A DNA stretch of 64,000 nucleotides from an uncultured Gemmatimonadaceae bacterium (lineage in GTDB: Bacteria; Gemmatimonadota; Gemmatimonadetes; Gemmatimonadales; GWC2-71-9). The notes below the pieces were generated by a model. That model ran no database searches and had not been told where the DNA came from. It saw only the letters and a program-made list of their open reading frames with translations. This document shows positions 46,208 to 53,218 of the stretch, piece after piece. Made by a program: the position numbers and the translations under genes. Position 1 is the stretch's first letter. Every line of letters starts with the position of its first letter. Location: positions 40,756 through 104,755 of the forward strand of contig CAYQXR010000001.1 in assembly GCA_964421625.1 (NCBI GenBank), given 5' to 3'.

Positions 46208-48097
46208 GTGCACCCCCTCCATCGACGGTTGGCCCTCATGATCCTCGCCGGTGTGGCCGGTAGCGGCTGCAGCTCTGCGGTCCCAGAGATTCCGGTTCGC
46301 GATTTCTTCCGCAATCCGGAGCAGTCCACCTTCCGCGTCTCGCCCGACGGCCAGTACCTCGCCTCGCTGCAGCCGTACGAGCGACGCATGAACATCCACG
46401 TGCGGCACCGCGACTCGACCACCTGGCGGCGTCTGACCGGCGAGACCGACCGCGACATCGCGGCCTTCTTCTGGAAGGGCGACAGCCGTCTGATGTACCT
46501 GCGGGACTTCGGCGGCGATGAGAACTTCCACCTCTTCACCGTCGACGTGGACGGGAACAACTTCACCGACCTGACCCCCTTCGACGGGGTCCGCGTCGAG
46601 CTGATCGATCAACTGGTCGATCATCCCACCGACCTGGTGCTCGGTCTCAACCGGCGCAATCCCGAGGTCTTCGACGCCTGGCGGCTGAACACCGCCACCG
46701 GCGACCTGACCATGATCGCCGAGAATCCGGGCAACATCACCGGGTGGGTGACCGATCACGACGGCCGGATCCGCGTCGCGACCACCACCGACGGCGTGAA
46801 CACCACGCTCCTCTACCGGGCCACGCCGTCGGAACGATTCCGTCCCGTGATCACCACCAGCTTCCGGGAGACGCTCTCACCCGTCTTCTTCACCTTCGAC
46901 AACCGGAACCTCTACGCGCTCTCCAACCTCGGGCGCGACCGCACGGCGGTGGTCGAGTTTGACCCGGTCACCGGCACGGAGGTGCGGGTGCTCTTCGAGC
47001 ATCCGGAGGTCGACGTGAGCGGCGTCGACTACTCTCACGAGCGGAAGGTGCTGACGGAGTTCGTCTATGTTACCGACAAGCCGACGCGTGAGGTGCTCGA
47101 TCCGCTCATGGCCGCCGTGTACGATTCGCTCGCCGCTCGGCTGCCGGGGTATCAGATCGATCTGCAGAGCACCGATCGGAAGGAGGAGGTATTCGTCGTC
47201 GCGGCCCACAACGACCGGACCCTGGGCACGCGCTATCTCTACAACCGGGTGACTCACGATCTGACCAAGCTGGCCGATCTCGCGCCCTGGCTCGACGAGG
47301 CCCATCTGGCCGAGATGCGGCCGATCCACTACACCTCGCGCGACGGCCTGAGCATCCATGGCTACCTGACGCTGCCGCAGGGTGTGGCGCCCAAGGGGTT
47401 GCCGGTGGTCGTCAACCCGCACGGCGGGCCGTGGGTGCGGGACATCTGGGGCTACAACCCGGAGGTGCAGCTCCTCGCCAACCGCGGCTATGCCGTTCTG
47501 CAGATGAACTACCGCGGCTCGACCGGCTACGGGCGGGCGTTCTGGGAGGCCTCGTTCGGCGAATGGGGCCTGAAGATGAACGACGACATCAGCGACGGCG
47601 TCCAGTGGCTGATCCGCGAGGGCATTGCCGATTCGAGTCGCGTCTGCATCTACGGTGGCAGCTACGGCGGCTACGCCACGCTCGCCGGGCTCGCGTTCTC
47701 GCCCGAGCTGTACGCCTGCGGGGTCGACTATGTCGGGGTGTCGAACCTGTTCACCTTCATGGAGACCATTCCACCGTACTGGAAGCCGTTCCTGGCCATG
47801 ATCCACGAGATGGTCGGCGATCCGGTGAAGGACAAGGACCGGATGACCGCCACCTCACCGGTGTTCCACACCGACCGGATCCGGGCGCCACTCTTCGTGG
47901 CCCAGGGCGCCAAGGACCCGCGGGTCAACATCGAGGAGTCGAACCAGATCGTGGCCGCGCTGCGGGCGCGCGGCATCGAGGTGCCCTACCTCGTGAAGGA
48001 AGACGAGGGGCACGGCTTCCAGAACGAGGAGAACCGCTTCGAGTTCTACGAGCAGATGACGGCGTTTCTGGCGCAGCATCTGCGCAAGGGGAACTAG
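46208..48097 (+). CDS. S9 family prolyl oligopeptidase-type serine peptidase, lipoprotein
   Basis: GTG at 46208 gives VHPLHRRLALMILAGVAGSGC. Catalytic GGSYGGYAT, plus the Asp/His region (GAKDPRVN...DEGHGF). Confidence 0.9.
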   Translation: MHPLHRRLALMILAGVAGSGCSSAVPEIPVRDFFRNPEQSTFRVSPDGQYLASLQPYERRMNIHVRHRDSTTWRRLTGETDRDIAAFFWKGDSRLMYLRDFGGDENFHLFTVDVDGNNFTDLTPFDGVRVELIDQLVDHPTDLVLGLNRRNPEVFDAWRLNTATGDLTMIAENPGNITGWVTDHDGRIRVATTTDGVNTTLLYRATPSERFRPVITTSFRETLSPVFFTFDNRNLYALSNLGRDRTAVVEFDPVTGTEVRVLFEHPEVDVSGVDYSHERKVLTEFVYVTDKPTREVLDPLMAAVYDSLAARLPGYQIDLQSTDRKEEVFVVAAHNDRTLGTRYLYNRVTHDLTKLADLAPWLDEAHLAEMRPIHYTSRDGLSIHGYLTLPQGVAPKGLPVVVNPHGGPWVRDIWGYNPEVQLLANRGYAVLQMNYRGSTGYGRAFWEASFGEWGLKMNDDISDGVQWLIREGIADSSRVCIYGGSYGGYATLAGLAFSPELYACGVDYVGVSNLFTFMETIPPYWKPFLAMIHEMVGDPVKDKDRMTATSPVFHTDRIRAPLFVAQGAKDPRVNIEESNQIVAALRARGIEVPYLVKEDEGHGFQNEENRFEFYEQMTAFLAQHLRKGN

Positions 48098-48176
48098 GGG
48101 TGGGATCTGGAGGATCACGGGATCACCAATGACCGACCCCTGACTGTCGCAGTGTGCAACGTTCTGGGGTCGGTGC

Positions 48177-48202
48177 GGTAATTTGGTGGGGGGTTGTCCG
48201 TC
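48177..48202 (+). promoter_or_regulatory. candidate ECF-type promoter GGTAAT-N16-CGTC (copy 1)
   Basis: An AT-containing -35-like element and a CGTC -10-like element at ECF spacing. It is conserved base for base with 50996..51021 and lies upstream of the HExxH lipoprotein gene. Confidence 0.4.
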
Positions 48203-48273
48203 ATATATGGGTGTAGAGCATGCAGTCCGGGTGCGACTCACCTTCTTGGGGCCATCTCTGGCCGACGGAGATC

Positions 48274-48790
48274 ATGAGGTCGAAGGGGCAACACCCTCCC
48301 ATTCCGGAGGTGGGGTCGCAGGGTCGCCTTCCTGGCCGCAGTCCTCTCGACGTCAGGGTGCTGGGGCCAGCTCCCCAGCGGAGCCTCTCCTCGCGACACG
48401 GACCACGTCAACCGGCAGGCCGCTGAGCTTGACTATCTGTATGTCGCCATCAACACAATCAGGGGGCGTTGCCCAGACTTCGGCTCATTCCTTTTCAACA
48501 AGTACGGGAATGGCGAGATAACTTGGGGGTCCGTGCACAGATACGGGGAGTCGGACCAAGGCTTCGATGGCAACATCCGGATGGATATGCCCGAGTACGA
48601 CATGAGCAACATCGAGATGCTGGTCGCGGACATCTACCATGAGGGCGGTCATGCCTTCCGCAACGAGCCTGAGTCAGGCCTCTCCCCTCCTTGGGCAGAT
48701 CCTTGGGGTCGCGAGGACTTGGACTACACGTCGATGGATGACGACTATCACAATGGGGTCTGCCCGGCGGGCCAATGGGACCAGCAATGA
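48274..48790 (+). pseudogene. HExxH lipoprotein, copy 1, frameshifted at the 5' end
   Basis: The body (frame 2, from ~48278) encodes RRWGRRVAFLAAVLSTSGC...IYHEGGHAFRNEPE...GVCPAGQWDQQ, homologous to 51098..51610. The only ATG (48274) is 31 nt, not a multiple of 3, upstream of the shared cgg agg codons. An in-frame TGA sits at 48275, and no ATG/GTG/TTG follows before 48533. Confidence 0.6.
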
Positions 48791-48833
48791 GCCGATGCAC
48801 GCAGAGCCCTCTCGACTTCTCCTGGAGGACCAC

Positions 48834-49409
48834 ATGACGCGATCACTCTGGATGGCCCTGGCCCTGACCGTGGCCTTTGGCGGTCCCCTCTCGGCCCAAA
48901 CCACCGATCGGCAGGCGGTCGAGGCCGTCACCATGCGGGTGGTGGCGAGCCTGCTTGCCGATACCAGCACCTCGTACCACCGCCGCGAGCGCATTTTTGA
49001 GTCGGCGGTCTATGGCTTCCGGACCGACGGTAAGGATGTTCTGCCCACGACACGGGAGCCTCGGACTCCGGAGGAAGCGGCGGCCCTCGCGCGCCTGATC
49101 GGGGCGCGGATCGCTGCGCCGGAGGACGAGATCCGTTGCCGCGCGCTGGAGTGTACCGGCACCCGGGGGGTGCTGGTTGCGTTGGGTGCCCCGCAGATCG
49201 TGGGGGACAGCGCGGTCATCTTCTACGGAATTGATTTTCGTTCGAACAACGAGGCCGGGCTGCCGGCCCGGCAGACGCGGTTCGCACTGATCCTGAAGAA
49301 GGTCGCCGGGCAGTGGTGTGTGACCAACCCGCTCCTCGCGGGGTTGATCACCTTCACCACCGAATCGGTCGACCGGCGGGTGAAGGTCGCCCTGTGCGGC
49401 AAGGATTGA
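48834..49409 (+). CDS. secreted ~191-aa Cys-containing protein, array member B1 (alpha subtype)
   Basis: Signal peptide MTRSLWMALALTVAFGGPLSAQ. Conserved DRQAVEAVTMRVVA, IRCRALECTGTRG, GQWCV and the C-terminus RRVKVALCGKD. Confidence 0.8.
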   Translation: MTRSLWMALALTVAFGGPLSAQTTDRQAVEAVTMRVVASLLADTSTSYHRRERIFESAVYGFRTDGKDVLPTTREPRTPEEAAALARLIGARIAAPEDEIRCRALECTGTRGVLVALGAPQIVGDSAVIFYGIDFRSNNEAGLPARQTRFALILKKVAGQWCVTNPLLAGLITFTTESVDRRVKVALCGKD

Positions 49410-49466
49410 GGGAGCTGGGATCGTGCGTCGGTTGCGCCAGAGTCGGCTCCTCCGCATGAGGACCAC

Positions 49467-50042
49467 ATGAAGCGATCACTCTGGATGGCCCTGGCCCTGA
49501 CCGTGGCCTTCGGCGGCACGCTGTCGGCCCAGACCAGCGACCGGCAGGCCGTCGAGGCCGTCACCATGCGGGTCGTGGCGGGCCTGTTGGCCGATACGAA
49601 CAACTGGTATCACCGCCGCGAGCGTCTCTTCGAGTCGGCGGTCTATGGCTTCCAGACCGACGGCAAGAAGGTGATAGCTGTCGCACGCGAGCCGCGGACT
49701 CCGGAGGCGGCGGCGGCCCTCGCGCGCTTGATCGGGGCACGGATGGCTACTCCGGAGGACCGGATTGTCTGTAACGGGGCCAAATGCTCCGGCACGCGAG
49801 GGGCGGTGGTCGCACTGGGCGCCCCACAGATCGTTGGCGACAGTGCGGTCATCTTCTATGGGATCGGCCTTCGATCTGACAACGAAGCAGGACTGCCTGC
49901 CCGTAACACACGGTTCGCGCTGATCCTGAAGAAGGTCGCCGGGCAGTGGTGCGTGGCCCACCCGCTCCTCGCCGGTACCATCAGTCTCACCACGCGATCG
50001 GTCGATCCACGGGTGAAGGTCGCCCTGTGCGGCAAGGACTGA
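49467..50042 (+). CDS. secreted ~191-aa Cys-containing protein, array member B2 (beta subtype)
   Basis: MKRSLWMALALTVAFGGTLSAQ. Same architecture as B1, with IVCNGAKCSGTRG in place of IRCRALECTGTRG. Confidence 0.8.
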   Translation: MKRSLWMALALTVAFGGTLSAQTSDRQAVEAVTMRVVAGLLADTNNWYHRRERLFESAVYGFQTDGKKVIAVAREPRTPEAAAALARLIGARMATPEDRIVCNGAKCSGTRGAVVALGAPQIVGDSAVIFYGIGLRSDNEAGLPARNTRFALILKKVAGQWCVAHPLLAGTISLTTRSVDPRVKVALCGKD

Positions 50043-50056
50043 GGGAGGGGGTTGCT

Positions 50057-50087
50057 GCCCCGTCGGTTGTGAATGGACCGACGGGGC
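50057..50087 (+). terminator. hairpin after B2
   Basis: gccccgtcgg-ttgtgaatgga-ccgacggggc forms a perfect 10-bp stem with an 11-nt loop, 15 nt after the B2 stop. Confidence 0.55.
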
Positions 50088-50178
50088 GGTACTGTTCGGG
50101 AGGCCCGCTGGCGGGCCCGCGCTGATTCGGAACGACGCGGTCACGTGCCTCCCCCCCCTTGCCCAGGGGCTGTCGACG

Positions 50179-50955
50179 ATGGACATGGAGTGGTTGCAGT
50201 TGCTCTTCGGTCCCCATGCTGAGCAGGGGTGGCAGTTCTTCGTTGCGCAGGCGGATGGACTGATCATGCAGGTGCTCCAGCGGATGGCGGGTGATGCCGA
50301 GGTTGCCGCCGGGTGGTATGGCCACATCATTGACGCCTTGGAGGAGGACCGGTACGCCCGGCTCCGCCAGTACGACCCCGACACGGATGGGGTGTTCGAG
50401 GCCTGGCTGACCGTGGTGGTGGGGCACATGGCCACCGACGAACACCGCCGGACGCAGGGTCGCCCGCGCCATCGGGCGCCCGCTGGGCTCTCCGCGGTGG
50501 GGCTGCTGATCTGGCGGTACGTCATACTCGCGCACCGCTCGCAGATCGAGGGCTATGAGATCATCGTGGCCCAACCCGAGCATCGCGACCTTACCTGGCA
50601 TGCCTATTGTCTGGAACTCCAGGCACTGTACCGGTCGCTGGACGATCATGGGCGGACCGGCCTGCTCGCGGCCTCCGGGAAAACGTACTTGCCGCCGCAG
50701 GCGATTCCGGACGAATTCCCGATCGATGCCCTGGAGCAGATGGTCGAGGAGGAACGTGAGGCGGCGCTTCACAGCGCCCTCGCGCAGCTCGATTCTATCA
50801 CTGCACGCGCCGTGTGGCTCCATGTCGAGGGGAAGACGGCCCCAGAGATCGCTGCCGCCGTGGGCTGGACCCCGCGCCAGGTCTACCGGTGGGTTCCCCA
50901 AGCACTGGCCCGGCTCAAGAGGGATCTGGAGGATCACGGGATCACCGAGGACTGA
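50179..50955 (+). CDS. sigma-70 family (ECF-like) RNA polymerase sigma factor with long sigma2-sigma4 linker
   Basis: Sigma2-like FEAWLTVVVGHMATDEHRR and sigma4-like LDSITARAVWLHVEGKTAPEIAAAVGWTPRQVYRWVPQALARLKRDL. About 100 aa separate them. Confidence 0.7.
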   Translation: MDMEWLQLLFGPHAEQGWQFFVAQADGLIMQVLQRMAGDAEVAAGWYGHIIDALEEDRYARLRQYDPDTDGVFEAWLTVVVGHMATDEHRRTQGRPRHRAPAGLSAVGLLIWRYVILAHRSQIEGYEIIVAQPEHRDLTWHAYCLELQALYRSLDDHGRTGLLAASGKTYLPPQAIPDEFPIDALEQMVEEEREAALHSALAQLDSITARAVWLHVEGKTAPEIAAAVGWTPRQVYRWVPQALARLKRDLEDHGITED

Positions 50956-50995
50956 CCCCTGGCTGTCGCAGCGTGCGACCTTCCGGGATCGGTGC

Positions 50996-51021
50996 GGTAA
51001 TTTGGTGGGGGGTTGTCCGTC
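50996..51021 (+). promoter_or_regulatory. candidate ECF-type promoter GGTAAT-N16-CGTC (copy 2)
   Basis: Identical to 48177..48202. It lies 41 nt after the sigma gene stop and 77 nt before the ATG of the HExxH lipoprotein gene. Confidence 0.4.
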
Positions 51022-51097
51022 ATGTAAGGGTGTACGGCACGCAGTCCGGGTGCGACTCACCTTCTTGGGGTCATCTCTGGCCGACGGAGAACACGAT

Positions 51098-51610
51098 ATG
51101 GCGCAAGCGCGAAGAGTCCCGTTTCGGAGGTGGGGGCGCAGGGTCGCCTTCCTGGCCGCAGTCCTCTCGACGTCAGGGTGCTGGGGCCAGCTCCCCAGCG
51201 GAGCCTCTCCTCGCGACACGGACCACGTCAACCGGGAGGCCGCTGAGCTTGACTACCTGTATGTTGCGGTTATGGAGATTCAGGATCGATGCCCTGACTT
51301 CGGCTCGTTTCTTTTCTATCGGTACACGAGCGGCAAGCTCACTTGGGGCTCGGTCGAGCTGTATGGGGAAGCTGATCAGGGCTACGATGGTAACATCCGG
51401 ATGGACATGCCCTCGTACGACATGAGCAACATTGAGATGCTGATCGCAGACATCTATCACGAAGTCGGCCACGCCTTCCGCAACGAGCCCGAATCCGGTT
51501 ATTCGCCACCCTGGCCTGACCCATGGAACCGAACAGGCCTGGACTACACGTCGACGGATGACGATTATCACAACGGGGTCTGTCCTACGGGCCAATGGGA
51601 CCAGCAATGA
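51098..51610 (+). CDS. small lipoprotein with zincin HExxH motif, copy 2 (intact)
   Basis: MAQARRVPFRRWGRRVAFLAAVLSTSGC (lipobox). IEMLIADIYHEVGHAFRNEPE carries the HExxH. The C-terminus is DDDYHNGVCPTGQWDQQ. Confidence 0.75.
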   Translation: MAQARRVPFRRWGRRVAFLAAVLSTSGCWGQLPSGASPRDTDHVNREAAELDYLYVAVMEIQDRCPDFGSFLFYRYTSGKLTWGSVELYGEADQGYDGNIRMDMPSYDMSNIEMLIADIYHEVGHAFRNEPESGYSPPWPDPWNRTGLDYTSTDDDYHNGVCPTGQWDQQ

Positions 51611-51653
51611 GCCGATGCACCCAGAGCCCTCTCAACTTCTGCTGGAGGACCAC

Positions 51654-52229
51654 ATGACGCGATCACTCTGGATGGTCCTGGCCCTGACAGTGGCCTTCGG
51701 CGGCACGCTGTCGGCCCAGACCACTGACCGACAAGCGGTCGAAGCCGTCACCATGCGGGTGGTGGCGGGCCTGTTGGCCGATACGAACAACTGGTACCAC
51801 CGCCGCGAGCGCCTCTTCGAATCAGGGACCTATGGCATCCGGACCGACGGCAAGCAGGTGATCCCCATCGCGAGCGAGCCGCGGAGCCCGGAGGCGGCGA
51901 CGGCTCTCGCCCGCATGATTGGGGCGCGGATTGCCGCCCCGGAGGACGAGATCCGCTGCCGCGCGATGGAGTGTACCGGCACGCGGGGGGCGCTGGTCGC
52001 GCTGGGGGTACCGCAGATCGTGGGGGACAGCGCAGTCGTCTTTTATCGCATTCTCTTCCGGTCAGACAACGAAGTGGGGTTGCCGGCCCGGCAGACGCGG
52101 TTCGCGCTGATCCTGAAGAAGGTCGCCGGGCAGTGGTGCGTGGCCCACGCGTCCCTGGCCGGCAACATCACCTTCAACACCGAATCGCCCGACCGGCGGG
52201 TGAAGGTCGCCCTGTGCAGCAAGGATTGA
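51654..52229 (+). CDS. secreted ~191-aa Cys-containing protein, array member B3 (alpha subtype)
   Basis: MTRSLWMVLALTVAFGGTLSAQ, IRCRAMECTGTRG, and the C-terminus RRVKVALCSKD. Confidence 0.8.
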   Translation: MTRSLWMVLALTVAFGGTLSAQTTDRQAVEAVTMRVVAGLLADTNNWYHRRERLFESGTYGIRTDGKQVIPIASEPRSPEAATALARMIGARIAAPEDEIRCRAMECTGTRGALVALGVPQIVGDSAVVFYRILFRSDNEVGLPARQTRFALILKKVAGQWCVAHASLAGNITFNTESPDRRVKVALCSKD

Positions 52230-52286
52230 GGGAGCTGGGATCGTGCGTCGGTTGCGCCAGAGTCGGCTCCTCCGCATGAGGACCAC

Positions 52287-52865
52287 ATGAAGCGAACACT
52301 CTGGATGACCCTGGCCCTGACAGTGGCCTTCGGCGGCACGGTGTCGGCCCAGACCACTGACCGACAAGCGGTCGAAGCCGTCACCATGCGGGTGGTGGCG
52401 AGCCTGCTTGCCGATACCAGCAGCTCGTACCACCGCCGCGAACGCCTCTTCGAATCAGGGACCTACGGCTTCCGGACCGACGGCAAGAAGGTGATATCCG
52501 TCGCGAGCGAGCCGCGGAGCCCGGAGGCGGCGACGGCTCTCGCCCGCATGATCGAGGCGCGGATCGCCGCACCGGAGGACGAGATCCGCTGCAATGGAGG
52601 AATTAATTGCTCCGGCACACGGGGAGTACTGGTCGCGCTGGGGGCCCCGCAGATCGTGGGGGACAGCGCAGTCATCTTCTACCGGATCCACCTCCGGGCG
52701 GACAATGAAGTCGGACTGCCTGCCCGTAACACACGGTTCGCGCTGATCCTGAAGAAGGTCGCCGGGCAGTGGTGCGTGGCCCACCCGCTCCTCGCGGGGC
52801 TGATCACCTTCGATACGGGATCGCCCGACCGGCGGGTGAAGGTCGCCCTGTGCGGCAAGGATTGA
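52287..52865 (+). CDS. secreted ~192-aa Cys-containing protein, array member B4 (beta subtype)
   Basis: MKRTLWMTLALTVAFGGTVSAQ, IRCNGGINCSGTRG, and the C-terminus RRVKVALCGKD. Confidence 0.8.
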   Translation: MKRTLWMTLALTVAFGGTVSAQTTDRQAVEAVTMRVVASLLADTSSSYHRRERLFESGTYGFRTDGKKVISVASEPRSPEAATALARMIEARIAAPEDEIRCNGGINCSGTRGVLVALGAPQIVGDSAVIFYRIHLRADNEVGLPARNTRFALILKKVAGQWCVAHPLLAGLITFDTGSPDRRVKVALCGKD

Positions 52866-52922
52866 GGGAGCTGGGATCGTGCGTCGGTTGCGCCAGAGTC
52901 GGCTCCTCCGCATGAGGACCAC

Positions 52923-53198
52923 ATGAAGCGAACACTCTGGATGACCCTGGCCCTGACAGTGGCCTTCGGCGGTCCCCTCTCGGCCCAGACCAGCGACCGG
53001 CAGGCCGTCGAGGCCGTCACCATGCGGGTGGTGGCGAGCCTGCTTGCCGATACGAACAATTCGTACCACCGCCGCGAGCGTCTCTTCGAGTCGGCGGTCT
53101 ACGGCTTCCGGACCGACGGCAAGAAGGTGATAGCCATCACCTTCAACACCGAATCACCCGACCGGCGGGTGAAGGTTGCCCTGTGCGGCAAGGATTGA
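52923..53198 (+). CDS. array member B5, internal-deletion chimera (91 aa, possibly a pseudogene)
   Basis: The N-terminal 70 aa match the family up to DGKKVIA. The sequence then jumps in frame to ITFNTESPDRRVKVALCGKD, the C-terminal 20 aa (B3-like). The central ~100 aa, including the Cys pair, are missing. Confidence 0.6.
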   Translation: MKRTLWMTLALTVAFGGPLSAQTSDRQAVEAVTMRVVASLLADTNNSYHRRERLFESAVYGFRTDGKKVIAITFNTESPDRRVKVALCGKD

Positions 53199-53218
53199 GC
53201 GGGCGACACCGCCCGCTC
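53197..53218. terminator. bidirectional hairpin between convergent genes
   Basis: gagcgggcg-acac-cgcccgctc forms a perfect 9-bp stem that spans both stop codons. Confidence 0.55.

Noticed and set aside
48274-48310. Programmed ribosomal frameshifting as the explanation for the out-of-frame ATG of HExxH copy 1.
   Set aside because: I see no slippery heptamer or downstream stimulatory structure between 48274 and 48305. The intact paralogue needs no frameshift. An indel giving a pseudogene, or a sequencing error, is the simpler reading.
50100-50125. GGCCCGC-tg-GCGGGCC palindrome, plus a GGAAC motif at about 50128, upstream of the sigma gene as a possible autoregulated ECF promoter.
   Set aside because: No CGTC-like -10 element lies at the 16-17 nt spacing after GGAAC. 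The palindrome loop is too short. The evidence is insufficient.
48102-53198. The duplicated block read as a prophage remnant, integrative element or transposon.
   Set aside because: It has no integrase, transposase, terminal inverted repeats or tRNA attachment site. GC content and codon style look like the surrounding DNA. The structure is explained by tandem segmental duplication.
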